A stretch of 63,424 bases of DNA, filler included, from Octopus bimaculoides (lineage: Eukaryota): the NCBI RefSeq assembly GCF_001194135.2. It is 4 parts of 4 records of this genome, joined end to end, with 100 filler letters (N's around TTAATTAATTAA, not from the genome) between each part and the next. Parts side by side here need not be neighbours in the genome. Positions count along the whole stretch, not along the records: positions 26,712 to 58,260 come from NC_069006.1; positions 58,361 to 62,152 come from NC_069000.1; positions 62,253 to 63,424 come from NW_026298896.1; 1 more part is not named here. The stretch is one strand, 5' to 3'. Below, piece after piece: positions 50,421 to 62,640 of this stretch. The notes beneath the pieces are model-generated. The model did not search any database. It had not been told where the DNA came from and saw nothing but the letters and a program-made list of their open reading frames with translations. Position numbers and translations under genes: made by a program. How positions within the stretch are numbered: the first letter of the stretch is position 1; each line of letters begins with the position of its first letter.

Positions 50421-51309
50421 ACTATACACGCGGTACCTACCATTTTATGATACAATGCTCTGTGAGGNNNNNNNNNNAAGCAGGGGTATAACAAGTTTCC
50501 TGTTAGGATTTCTGATTAGATTAATGAGCGAAGTTAACCTTATTAACTGCCAAATTCTCTGGTTTTTGCCAGGTGTCTCTGGAGTTAAGATAATATAACA
50601 GTATCTAAATTTTCTTCATGTGTGAATCATTTTGGAAATTATAAATTTTTCGAAAAGACCCTAATGGGGATCGCTGAAAAAAAAAAGGATATTTATCCTT
50701 TTCTATTCAATTGCAATAATAAACATTTTAGTTTTTTTGGAAATTATAGAATCAAATGTGAATCTGTATGAAATATCAATGAATGATATAAATGGGAAAT
50801 GCAAAAACAAAAAAAATGTCCTCTAGAATTAGCCAGAACTAATAATGGCAGACTTAAACTACCAGATATTGTAAAACGCATCTCTGCAAATGCAGTGTGC
50901 GTCAGCAATTCACTTTAAATACAACGAACAACCGACATTGAGACTGGTTCTAGCAGATCCCCAAATGGGGTTCACGGCAGGTTAATATTTAGAATGAATT
51001 TTCCATTTTCGATGGGTGTGCAGCTCACACCTAGCACACCCGGAATATCCTCCCCTGATATACATGTGTGTTTGTCCCTGTGTCTATATGTATGTGTGTA
51101 CGTGTTGCTATGTGAGTATGATTGTATGCATTCTCACATGCATACAATCGTACAATTAAATCAATAAGTTGACGGATTAATTACGATTGGTATTTCTGTA
51201 ACAAATCAGGAGCTCTACTTTCTCTGCTATTTCTCCTTTTCACTACCACCACCACAGACACAGGGAACTAACTATTGCACATTCACTTTATTCTCTTTAT
51301 TTTATAAAT

Positions 51310-51665
51310 TCATGCCCACTGCCAACCACCATGGTTCCAGATTCAGTCCCACTGCGGAGCTCCTTGGACAAGCGTCTCCTATTCTATCCTCAAGCTGACT
51401 AAAGCCTTGTGAGTGAATTCTTGTAGATGGGAAATGAAAGAAGCCCATCGTGTCTGTGTGTGTGTGTGCTTGTCGTTCCTCGCCACCGCTTGACAACCGG
51501 CGTTCGTTTGTTTACATCCATGTAACTTAGCAATTTGACAAAAGACCAATAGAATGAGAACCAGAGCGACAAAAAATATGTACTAGAGATAGATTCGTTC
51601 CACTAAACCTTTGAAGGCCCCAGCTTGGCCGTAGTCTAATGACTGAAACAAGTAAAAGATAAAAG
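51310..51665. mobile_element. SINE with tail
   Basis: Shares AAAGCCTTGTGAGTG...AAAGAAGCCC and GCTTGACAACCG...GACTGAAACAAGTAAAAG with 31325-31625. Confidence 0.75.
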
Positions 51666-52250
51666 CTAACATTAAATTCGGTATCTTCCAGCTTTTATCA
51701 TTAACCTTAATCTTCCCTAATCAATATAACCTCATTAATTTTCTAGGTTTCTTTGCAGATTCTCATTTCATCCTTATCGACATTCCTGCATTTTAAGTCT
51801 ATTTCGCTATGGCTTTAATCTCCATAATTAATGCCGCAAGCATAATAAGAAATCCCTTTATCCAGATTACGTTTTAACGAATTGGCTATTTTTTGTCAAC
51901 GGATTAGTGTTTGAATTTGACCAAACATGAAACTTGAAGTAATGCGGTTTTCATTCGTTATGAAGAGTTTCATATTATAATACATGTGTGTGTGTAGTGT
52001 GTTTATGCGTGCGTGCGTGCGTGTGTGTATGTGTGTGTTCCTGGCATTATCCACATACTTCTAAAAGATGGAATGACAGTGATGCCGGGAAAGGATCATC
52101 AACCTACTCAATCACGATACAATTAGGGGCCAACAACCACAACAACAACAACAACAACAACAACGACGGCAACATTACCTTCTTATATTCAGCTTTGTTT
52201 TATATTTTTCTAGATATTTTTCGCCCCCAGATTAATCATATTTTTTAGTC

Positions 52251-55200
52251 ATGGATACCGAAGAAGAACCACCTGAAGCAATCACGAAGCAGCCAGCGAA
52301 TCAACCGAAGACAAAGACACGTCCTCCAGCTGGTGGATCTAATGAAGTTGGTGAGGGTCCTGAAATCCCTCTACCTCATCCAGGTGCTGGACCTGAAGTA
52401 GCTGTAGCTGTTCCCCCTCTTTCTACATCGTCGCGCGGAAGAAACTGGTCAACGGGTCTTTGTGAGTGTAGAGAAAGTATTGCAGATAACTGTAAGTATA
52501 TCACGTGATTGTGCCAGCTGCAGGGGTGGGAGAAGTTTGTTTTTATTCAGCACTTGGATGATATGTGCCTACATGTTCATAAAATTCACCACATGTCTAT
52601 CAATATACACTACATGATAGGAGGCGAGCTGCCAGAGTCGTTAGCACACTCGGCAAAACAGCGATATTTTGTACACCTTTGTGTTCTGAGTTCAAATTCT
52701 GCTGAAGTTGACTTTGTTCACAGTTGACTACTGGGACTCGATGTAATTGACTAGCTCCCTTCCCACAAATTTCAGGCCTATGCTAGAAGAGGTTATTATT
52801 ATTATCATTATTATTATTAAAGTGGCGAGCTGGCGGAATCGTTAGCGCACCCGATGAAATGCTTATCGCTATTTCGTCTGTCACTACGTTCTGAGTTCAA
52901 ATTCCGCCGAGGTGGACTTTGCCTTTCATCCTTTTGGGGTTGATTAAATAAGTACCAGTTATGCACTGGGGTCGACTAAATCTCCTCCTCCAAGCTGCCC
53001 TTGTGGCAAAAATTTTAAATCGTTATTATTATTATTATTATTATAAGATATGTTCTTGGGTGAAAGAAGAGAACTTTGGCAAGTTTCTTCTTCAATGTTG
53101 TTTATAACCCCAACCAAACAAGGTTACCCTGGCATGTGTACAGGTTGGGATGGGGTAACTATCCAACCAACAGATCCGAATACTGAAACTACACCAGTCA
53201 CATTAAAATCTTTCTCTCCCATTGCAGGTGTGTTATCATTTTGGTGTTGGCCATTCATGAGATGCAACCTTGCCAAGCGTTTGAATGAATCTCGACTGAC
53301 GTCTCTCTTTCCTTGTATCGTGTTTGCTATGCGAGTAAAAGTGAGGGCAGAGCTAAAGATAGCGGTGAGTCCACTCTTGAACCAGTTTCTTGGTGTTTTG
53401 GGGTTTACAAAACTCTTTCACGGGTGTCAATATGAAGGGCTGTCTGTTGATATAAGATGAATGGTTGGGCGATCAGGGCGCATAGTGGGAATGTTGACGA
53501 CTGGGAGCAGATGACAGAAAATCGATTGGTTCTGAAAAAGCGATTTACGATGGTTGTGAAGTACTTTAATCACGGAGAACTGAACAATTTGTAAACAAGA
53601 ATTGACTTCAATTCCAGACATTTTCATGTCTGAACTTCAGAACACAAAGATTTCATATCCTTCTTCGATCCAGCAATCCCAACACACTCCTTAATTCGAA
53701 ATCTGAATTTTTTAGCAGGCTTAGACACCGTGGACAGGTTTCTGTTATCAAATTGGAGGGGCTCCACTCGGCCCGGATTGCGTTGCTATTTCGCAGACTT
53801 TGACACATTTTCTGTTATTTTGTTCTACACCAGTTCTATTTAATGAGTTTTCTGCAATCTGGGAGGACGAGGACATTAGTTGTCTTAATCTCGTTTCCCT
53901 TTTCTCGCTCCATTTTTTGCAGCGACCGACTTCACGTTATTTCCATGTTTTTTTGTTAATATTTTCTTACTGTCCAATGTCCCTGTTTTTTTTTGTTTTT
54001 GTTTTTGTTTTTTAAATATATAAACGCATAAACAGGGCCCGAAAGACTGTTTTAAGATAACTGGCGTATTTTATAATTGTGCCAGTTCAAATATCATAAT
54101 AGCATGAAACTTAACAGGTCTTTCGGTTGTGTATCCAGATTTATACACACACACACATATAACTTAGTGGTTAAAAAATAAACATAATTAGTTATACAAC
54201 TGCAAATCATCCCCATATATACACACCGTACAATTAAAATATTAAAATACCGCGGGTGTTTAGCACAGAAAGCCCGAACGTATAAAAATAGACATTATAT
54301 ATATATACATACACACATAAAAAGACGTGTAAAAAATCTGTAAAAAAGAATATGAAGTTTAAAATAATAGGACGAAAATGTGAATGTATATATCGCTAGC
54401 CTTTTAAAAATAATATAGTCAGACGATTAAATGTAAAGTTAATCCGAGGAATTAATCAAAGGACATACTAAGTATGTCTAAATGCTTGAAATAACAGTCA
54501 AAACTCGTTATTAAATGGCGATTTAATGACGAGTTTTGACTGTTATTTCAAGCAGGTAGACATGTTCTTTGATTAATTTTAATCCGTCGGTTATTTAATG
54601 CTGTTTCTTGGTGGCCTGCTGTCGCCTGTGTCATTGATTCTGGCGCCCGCTAAATCAGAAAGAACCCAAGTATTACATTTGACAAATTAATATGAACACT
54701 AACGATGTATTTAGGGGTTTTTCAGTTTTCTTCCACACTCACATAACATGTCCTGGCTCGGTTGGGACTAGACGTGTGTTACTTTGACATCGACATTCCA
54801 TAAAATTTGTTTATGGAGAGAAAAATATTGAAAAATATCAATAAATGTGTGAGTGAGAAAGAACTGAGGAGGGAAGTTTGACGACGTGCTAGAAACAACA
54901 GCCAGACCTCCCTTAAATCACATTTTCCTCTGATATTATCAACAATTTTTTTTTTAATCGAAAATGTTTCTCTCACGGGTTTTAAGTGCGTAATGGAGGG
55001 GGAAAATGGCCAAAATCATTTCGGACTGGGGTAGTGAAAGGGTGGCGGGAGGGAAAGAGAAATAATTTTTTTTTTTTTTTTCTTGAAAAGATCCAAGATC
55101 CGATCCCTCGCATCATTTTGAAGACTGGTGAAAAACATTGGGAAAAGTCCCCGTCAAAACGGAGAAATTCCAACTCACTTTTCTGATCCGAAACTCCTTC

Positions 55201-55883
55201 TCCCCCCCCTACCCCACTTCCAAATATTTTTACCTATAAATTTCTTTGTAATCGTAATCAACACCGTTTGAAAGGTAATTGTATANNNNNNNNNNNNNNN
55301 NNNNNNNNNNNNNNNNNNNNNNNNNNNNNNNNNNNNNNNNNNNNNNNNNNNNNNNNNNNNNNNNNNNNNNNNNNNNNNNNNNNNNNNNNNNNNNNNNNNN
55401 NNNNNNNNNNNNNNNNNNNNNNNNNNNNNNNNNNNNNNNNNNNNNNNNNNNNNNNNNNNNNNNNNNNNNNNNNNNNNNNNNNNNNNNNNNNNNNNNNNNN
55501 NNNNNNNNNNNNNNNNNNNNNNNNNNNNNNNNNNNNNNNNNNNNNNNNNNNNNNNNNNNNNNNNNNNNNNNNNNNNNNNNNNNNNNNNNNNNNNNNNNNN
55601 NNNNNNNNNNNNNNNNNNNNNNNNNNNNNNNNNNNNNNNNNNNNNNNNNNNNNNNNNNNNNNNNNNNNNNNNNNNNNNNNNNNNNNNNNNNNNNNNNNNN
55701 NNNNNNNNNNNNNNNNNNNNNNNNNNNNNNNNNNNNNNNNNNNNNNNNNNNNNNNNNNNNNNNNNNNNNNNNNNNNNNTATATATATATATATACATACA
55801 CACAGAGTAATCCCTTGACTATCGTGGGTGTTAGGTTCCAAAACACCCCGCCATAGGTGAACCGTGATATGGCGAGGGATTAC

Positions 55884-55943
<60 letters not shown>

Positions 55944-56765
55944 TACATATATATACACAGAGTGTGGTGAATATATTGTCGTCTGAATTCCGCAAAAATG
56001 AAACTTACCCTGACATCTCATTTTAACAGTTATATTTACCAAAATTACATAAAAATATCTTGAAATACTAAAGAGTAAATTTATTCAATTAAATCGCCAT
56101 TGGCTTCAACCATGGCCTCCAGACGACTTTGGAATCTCCTGCAACTCTTCCGGACAGTCTCCTTGTTTAAGTTGGCAAATGCTGCCATAATCCTTGATGT
56201 TTCAAGGAGTTTTGTTGGTCTCTTGCTCAACTGCACCCCACACGTAATAATGAAGGGGGTTGTGCAGTTTGGGGATTTAGGTGGTCAGATGTTAAGGGTG
56301 GTGTGGTCGCAGAAATTGTCTGACAGGCGTGACTGGGTTCTCATGCTTGTGTGACATGCTGCAGAGTCCTGTTGCCAGACATAGGGTCACCCAGCAGCCA
56401 CCCTCTTGACCCAGGGTAGCACCACCTCCCCCAGGCACTTGATGTAGGCCTTTGTGTTGAGTCTGAGATCGTGTGGAAAGATGAATGGAGGAAAAACGTC
56501 GCCATCACTCCAAACACCATGATGCTGACTGGATGTTTATATAAATGATACGACATACATATACACACACACATACACACACACAATAAATATATATATA
56601 CATATATAAAACATAAATATAAACCTACTTACATTTGAAACCTTTTCTAATTTTTCCTTTTTTCTTTTGCAGGGAACAATACCCAATGACTTTTGTGCTG
56701 CCTTATGCTGTGAGCCGTGTGTTATGTGTCAAATGTCCAGAGAACTGCAGGAAGTTAATCGTTAA
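52251..56765 (+). CDS. PLAC8/cornifelin-family cysteine-rich protein, paralogue B (156 aa, 3 coding exons)
   Basis: Exons 52251-52491 (MDTEEEPPEAITKQP...RNWSTGLCECRESIADN, phase 1), 53228-53364 (CVLSFWCWPFMRCNLAKRLNESRLTSLFPCIVFAMRVKVRAELKIA, phase 0) and 56673-56765 (GTIPNDFCAALCCEPCVMCQMSRELQEVNR*). Exon 2 (137 nt) and exon 3 (93 nt) match paralogue A in length and phase. Confidence 0.92.
52615..53010 (+). mobile_element. Two tandem SINEs in intron 1 of PLAC8 paralogue B
   Basis: Two GGCGAGCTG(C/G)C(A/G)GA heads at about 52620 and 52823, each with the GAGTTCAAATTC B-box-like motif. Confidence 0.85.
54450..54578. repeat. Near-perfect hairpin palindrome (MITE-like) in intron 2 of paralogue B
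   Basis: TGCTTGAAATAACAGTCAAAACTCGTTATTAAAT-GGCG-ATTTAATGACGAGTTTTGACTGTTATTTCAAGCA (4-nt loop at 54517-20, one mismatch), with outer arms AATTAATCAAAG/CTTTGATTAATT. Confidence 0.9.
55803..55885. mobile_element. Very short pogo/Tigger-like MITE
   Basis: Termini CAG(A)GTAATCCCTTGACTATCGTGG and CCGTGATATGGCGAGGGATTACTG are imperfect reverse complements. Confidence 0.55.
56090..56540 (-). mobile_element. Tc1/mariner-superfamily (maT/DD37D-like) transposase fragment
   Basis: HPVSIMVFGV..DGDVFPPFIFPHDLRLNTKAYIKCL.EVVLPWVKRVAAG*PYVWQQDSA...YVWGAVE on the minus strand. Confidence 0.8.
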
Positions 56766-56999
56766 ACAATACAAAACATTTCGTTTCTGTCTTCTTTTGT
56801 TATTTTTCTTCGCAAACAATGTTTTTGATGCACTTCTGCTGACCAGCGACATGTACCCAACCTCTCCCGCCTCTCTCTCTCTCTCCCTCCCTCTGTCCCT
56901 CTCACTCTCTCCCTCTCTCTGTGCAGGTGTTATCTCCATTCGCCAGGCTTTTGTTTCTGCAGTTCCCCTCTTTCAGTGAACTGAACCCATGGATTAAGC

Positions 57000-57345
57000 G
57001 TTCGACCGAAGTTGGGGGCTTAGCAAACAGAGTGTCGTCAGGCACTCGTGCTCCTCTCCCAGACGGGTAACGCCAGCAGTGGGGGGGGGGGTCCACCTCG
57101 TCCTTTTATAGAGGATTGGTAGAGTTCAAATGTGACGACGCCCTAGGCTTCGATGACGGTCAACTCGATGGCCTATACCGGAGAGCATTCGGCCCAGGGC
57201 CTATGGACAATTTCCAAAAGTTCTTGGCAATGTTACCGAGGAGCTTTACCTGTTTGGGACAAACTCTACTGGCATGGTTCTTCATCTACGCTAACTTGTC
57301 CAAGATGCGGACAGGACAGTGAAACTGTTCTGCATGCAATTGGTT
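57000..57345 (+). mobile_element. Tx1/L1-like LINE C-terminal (zf-RVT) fragment
   Basis: LPVWDKLYWHGSSSTLTCPRCGQDSETVLHA: CPxC...ETxxH zinc-finger motif. Confidence 0.7.
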
Positions 57346-57660
57346 AGAGTGTTAGGCTCACAATCACAAGGTAGTGAGTTCAATTCCCAGACAAGGCTGT
57401 GTGTTGTGTTCTTGAGCCAGACACTTTACTTCACGTTGTTCCACTTCACTCATCTGTAGAAATGAGTTGTGACGTCACTGGTTCCAAGCTGTATCGGCCC
57501 CTTTGCCTTTCCTTTGGATAACATCCGTGGCATGGAGAAGGGAGGCTGGTATGCATGGGTGGACTGTTGGTCTTCCATAAACAACCTTGCCTAGATTCGT
57601 GCTTCAGAGAGGAACATTCTAGGTGCAACCCCATGGTCATATGACTAAAGGGGGTCCTTT
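57335..57660 (+). mobile_element. tRNA-head SINE, near full length
   Basis: GGTTAGAGTGTTAGGCTCACAATCACAAGGTAGTGAGTTCAATTCC head followed by the TTGAGCCAGACACTTTACTTCAC core. Confidence 0.85.
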
Positions 57661-57944
57661 TCTCCCTCCCTTTAATAAAACAAGTCAAAAAAAGAGATTT
57701 GGCTGCTATTTCTAGCTGTTCAAGTTACCACATAGAGATTCACTGTTTTATCATTATTACAGATACCTCACATCATTTCTCAGTCAACGACGATACCCAG
57801 GTTTATGTGTCAGGCCAGTAATAATTCATAGCTGTGAAAGGGATGGCATTTATGATAACAGTGCAGGGCATAATGACGATGATGATGATGGTGGTGAGCG
57901 TGATGACGATGAGGGTGATAATTAGGGTAGTAGTAGTCATCATC

Positions 57945-58260
57945 ATCATCATCATCATCGTTTAACGTCCGCTTTCCATGCTAGCATGGGTTGGACAATT
58001 TGACTGAGAACTGGTGAAACCGGATGGCAAACACCAGGCTCCAGTCTGATTTGGCAGAGTTTCTACAGCTGGATGCCCTTCCTAACGCCAACCACTCAGA
58101 GAGTGTAGTGGGTGCTTTTACGTGTCACCCGCACGAAAACGGCCACGCTCGAAATGGTGTCTTTTATGTGCCACCCGCACAGGAGCCAGTCCAGGGGCAC
58201 TGGCAACGATCTCACTTGGCTTGCCGAGTCTTCTCACGCACAGCACATTTCCAAAGGTCT
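57945..58260 (-). mobile_element. GGATGCCCTTCCTAACGCCAAC-family repeat with (CAT)n tail
   Basis: Near-identical to 30997-31320. Confidence 0.8.
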
Positions 58261-58959
58261 NNNNNNNNNNNNNNNNNNNNNNNNNNNNNNNNNNNNNNNN
58301 NNNNTTAATTAATTAANNNNNNNNNNNNNNNNNNNNNNNNNNNNNNNNNNNNNNNNNNNNATAGTAACGCCGTGCGCATGCGTAGTCTCACGCATGCATG
58401 GAATTAAACAAGCATGCGTTCCCGCTCAATTCATTCTCTTTCTTGCTGGCCAGCAATAGAGCATGGACGTGTCTCCAACATTCCAACCTGGAGACAGTCT
58501 CTTTACGTGTATAGCTGTCACTCTCCATCTTTCGGACTTACACTCGACAGCTCGCTTACATCTACATAACAACGTCCCAACAACTATTCTCACACACATA
58601 GAAGAGCTGTAACAACAAGAGCTAAAGATGTATATATTTACCACCTGAATAAAGTGTTGTTTAAGTTGATAGTCTGGAGTTCAGCGTTCCGTTATATTTA
58701 CTAATTTTATATAGGAAAGTCAGGTATACATCTAATGATGTATAACCAACTTTCCTATACATTTTATGTGGCACCTTGGTTTTAGGATCTCAATTCTATT
58801 GTGGTGGGTGGGTTTTCTTGAGTATAGCAGTCTACTTGAGATAAAATCTGAAGCTGTGAAAACTCGTCACTGCTTTCCTGTGATTTTAGCTATGTGTTCA
58901 TTGAAGAAATTGTATAGTTTGCAGCCTTTTGTAAGTTAAGGTCATGTCTCACTCCATGT

Positions 58960-59390
58960 CAATAGGCACTTTTAATCCTTCATGAAGGGCTTGCTGATAC
59001 CTTTCCAAGTCTTGAAGCTCTTAGAATGTATTTGAGCTAGATGGTCACCAGTCGTTTAGGAGAGAAGTCATTCAGTAAATTGAGACTGATGAATTTTCTG
59101 AGAGTCACAACGATGTATGAAAGATTAAGTACTCTGTGCCTTTTGGATTAAGAGGGCAGAGTTCTAAAAATGACACAGTTTGAGGAAATCATTAAAAATG
59201 CTTTTAGATATCAAGTGTAGAACAAAAGACATTTTGTAGACATTGTAGTAGGATATAGTAGTAAGGATGTGGGGTGAAACTTACCCCATTCCCCCAAAAT
59301 TGCTAACTTTCTACCAACATTTGAAACCAATATATATGAGTAACCCACCAAACTTGAAGTGCCCTGGATCTCTCAGGGCTTAAATCTGGT
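58960..59390 (+). mobile_element. hAT transposase C-terminal dimerisation-domain relic
   Basis: LADTFPSLEALRMYLS*MVTS..GEKSFSKLRLMNFLR.T.M.ERLSTLCLL resembles the hATC FPNxxxALRIYLSxxVTxxSGERSFSKLKLIKNYLRSTMxQERL motif. Confidence 0.65.
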
Positions 59391-60263
59391 CTTCATCCCC
59401 AACACCCATCATCTCTAACTGAAATATCCTGCTGCTGTAATTAAATGTGAACAGGACTGCATACTTCACTGGCTTTTCCTAGTACCACCTACCTTTTTAA
59501 TCAGCCAGAAACATTTCACTTGATATCTAGCCTTCATTTTTACTACTGTCTTCTCCACCAATACTTAACATTGATCACCTTCCTCAGCCACCAAATTATC
59601 TCTCCTCCATCACCATACACCTCTCCCTCTTCCCTATTTATCAGGCTATCTTTTCCCCTTACTCTCTTACAACCTACCTAATCACTTGACATCTTCCTCT
59701 CATTCTCACTCATCCTTCCATTGTTTATTATATCATTATTATTATTCTGTTGTTCTTCACTCCCACAGTCTGCACCGTGAGTCATCTCTTCTCCTCTCCC
59801 CAACCAACCTTTCTCCAACTCATCTGTATTCTTGGTCACCCTCACCCATTATCCACCATTCACTATTTCCACTCCTCAACCTTAACCAATTTCTACAGTT
59901 GTCACCTACTCTTTCCTACTTACCTTCCTTATATTTCACCCTCTTACTCATTCCCCATCTCTAACCATCTCCTACACATTCCTGTAACCTTTACCCACCT
60001 ACAGTTCTTGTTTTCTTCTGTCCCCTCTCACTTATCTTCATGTTCAGGGAATCTTGGATGGTGAGATCCCTTAGTTGGCCCTAGAGATCCTCCAGTATCA
60101 AGAGGATAACATAACTCCCATCTTTTTTTCTTTTCATTTTACTGATGTATTCCATGTATACTTTTCTTTTGTTAATATTGTATATCATGCATACTTGATA
60201 AATCCCCACATTTTATGTCCATTGTACTCCTCATCTTTTACCCTGGTGGCAAATAAAAGAATT

Positions 60264-60304
<41 letters not shown>

Positions 60305-60312
60305 TTACTATT

Positions 60313-60347
<35 letters not shown>

Positions 60348-60373
60348 TATTATTATTATTATTATAATAATGA

Positions 60374-60407
<34 letters not shown>

Positions 60408-60471
60408 GGTGGTGGTGGTGGTGGTGGTGGTGGTGGTGGTGGTAGTAGTAGTGGTAGTGGTAGTAATAGTA

Positions 60472-60511
<40 letters not shown>

Positions 60512-60550
60512 TAATAAAAATAATGATAATAAAAATAATAAAAATAATAA

Positions 60551-60609
<59 letters not shown>

Positions 60610-60622
60610 GAAGAAGAAGAAG
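60264..60622. repeat. Compound trinucleotide microsatellite ladder
   Basis: In one frame: TAC, TAT, CAT, TAT, AAT, GAT, GGT, AGT, AAT, AGA blocks. Confidence 0.95.
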
Positions 60623-60629
60623 GTAGCAA

Positions 60630-60775
60630 GCTGACAGGATCATTAGCAAGCTGAGCAAAATGTTTAGCAGCATTTCATCTGTCTTTAAGTTCTGAATTCA
60701 AATTCTGCCAAGGTCAACTTTGCCTTTCATCCTTTCAGAGTTGATAAAATAAGTACCAATTGAGCAGTGGAGTCA
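60630..60775 (+). mobile_element. SINE fragment (GTCAACTTTGCCTTTCATCC core)
   Basis: Same family as 50025 and 52615. Confidence 0.75.
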
Positions 60776-61031
60776 AAGCTTTTCTTTTACCCTTCTTTTT
60801 TCCTTTTGTCAGTTGCAAAATTGAAGACTAATGATGTCATTCTATCAAAGTGGGAATGCAAGATTTCCTTGTTCATATTTTTGAATTTCTGTTTCTTCAT
60901 TTTACATTTTGAATTTGAAAAAGACAGACAAGCTGTCGAAGTATCGTTCAAACCAATGAACAATCTATTACAATCACACTCTTCTTATTGTCTATTCACC
61001 TTCGTGAAGAGTTACATCAATCTTTATAAAA

Positions 61032-61062
<31 letters not shown>

Positions 61063-61811
61063 AGTAGTAGTAGTAGTAGTAGTAGTAGTAGGAGTGGTGG
61101 TGATGGTGGCAACAGCAGCAGTGGTGTTGTATAATCAATATTATCATTATTATCATTGATATTTATGTCATTATTATTAGAATTAATTAAAAGCTATGGT
61201 TATTACTTATTCTTTTCATTGACATAGCAGTATTATTGCTTTTTATTATTCTACACTATATCTAAAAGACAAATGTTTCTTTCGAATTCACTCTATGGTC
61301 ATACTGTCTAATAATAAAGCATTGACCTAATAAGTAAGTACTTTATTAAATTTAAAGCCTTATGACTCAGTGAGAAAAAGAGTGATGCTTAAAAGCATCA
61401 CTCCTTAAGATTTTATCAGTATTTCTTAGTTTGCTTCGATTTGGTTGTATAATTTAATTTGTTCTTTACTTTCTGTCTATGGTTGCAGCTAATGTATTTA
61501 TGTATTAATTTATTTATCATCATTATATTATCTTTGATTGCTCCTCCTCTTCCTTGCATATTAATAAAGCTATAGTCTCTCTTGTCTTTCTGTTTTATAT
61601 CTTTCTATTTCTCTTTTCTATGGTTTTTCTGTTACTTTTCTAATCCAGTTGATTATATATAGGGGTAATTTGATTCTACCCAATGTATTTTGCTTTTAAA
61701 GACTGAAGATGATGGTATCTGCATAGCAGTTTGTTACATAACCTCTTAAAATGTATGTATTAAATACATATGCACACACACACACATGCATGCGTGCACA
61801 CGTGTGTGTGT

Positions 61812-61849
<38 letters not shown>

Positions 61850-61854
<5 letters not shown>

Positions 61855-62152
61855 GTAGATGGCCCTGCTCAGTATGTAGAAAAGGAGTAGGTAGTAACTC
61901 TATAAGATGTACCCGGTGCAAGCTATGGACACATAAGAGGTGCAGCAACATCAAAGGCAGGTTAACTAGCAAGTTAGTTTTTGTTTGTGGCAGATGTTCA
62001 GGTGCAATAAAGACTGCAAACAAACAGGAAACAACTTCTATCTCATTCCAGGGTGAAAAACTAGAGGTAGTCGATAGCTTCCGCTATCTGGGCGACCAAG
62101 TTAGTAGTGGGGGTGGGTGCGCTGAAAGTGTAGCTGCTAGAATAAGAATAGC
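61850..62152 (+). mobile_element. RTE LINE fragment with PHD-like zinc finger preceding the YLG motif
   Basis: SGRWPCSVCRKGVGSNSIRCTRCKLWTHKRCSNIKGRLTSKLVFVCGRC...EKLEVVDSFRYLGDQVSSGGGC.ESVAARIRIA. Confidence 0.85.
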
Positions 62153-62252
62153 NNNNNNNNNNNNNNNNNNNNNNNNNNNNNNNNNNNNNNNNNNNNTTAA
62201 TTAATTAANNNNNNNNNNNNNNNNNNNNNNNNNNNNNNNNNNNNNNNNNNNN

Positions 62253-62640
62253 ATAATTAGGGTTCAGCAAAATTGCTTCACCACATACCGAAATTTAGAA
62301 ATTGCAGTTGAATACTATTCCACTACCATAATATATCTCCCAGACAGCAATACTCCCAACTCACACAGGCAAAGAGAAAAAATAACAAATCCACCCGGCT
62401 TTGATCAACTATATACGCGTTTCCGTTTTCAGTATAGTATTTCAATTATAAATTCGAGAGCACTAATACTTAAAATATGCATTCGACCAAGCGCCATCGA
62501 ATAGCTTATATCCAAAAACCTTCATGAGTTGGGAGTATTGCTGTCAGGAAGATATCTTATGGTAGTGGAATAGTATTTAACTGCTATTTTTAAATTTCGG
62601 TATGTGGTGAAGCAATTTGGTTGAAACCAAATTATAATTA
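62253..62640. mobile_element. MITE with about 110-bp terminal inverted repeats
   Basis: 62253-62363 (...AATTGCTTCACCACATACCGAAATTT...GACAGCAATACTCCCAACTCA) is an imperfect reverse complement of 62525-62640. Confidence 0.85.

Noticed and set aside
58361-58700. Possible LTR 3' portion (AATAAA at about 58648)
   Set aside because: The 5' end is lost in a gap and no TG...CA termini or TSD can be verified.
60075-60673. Poly-Y/H/D/G/N and poly-I/T/M/V ORFs
   Set aside because: Products of the triplet ladder; no coding context.
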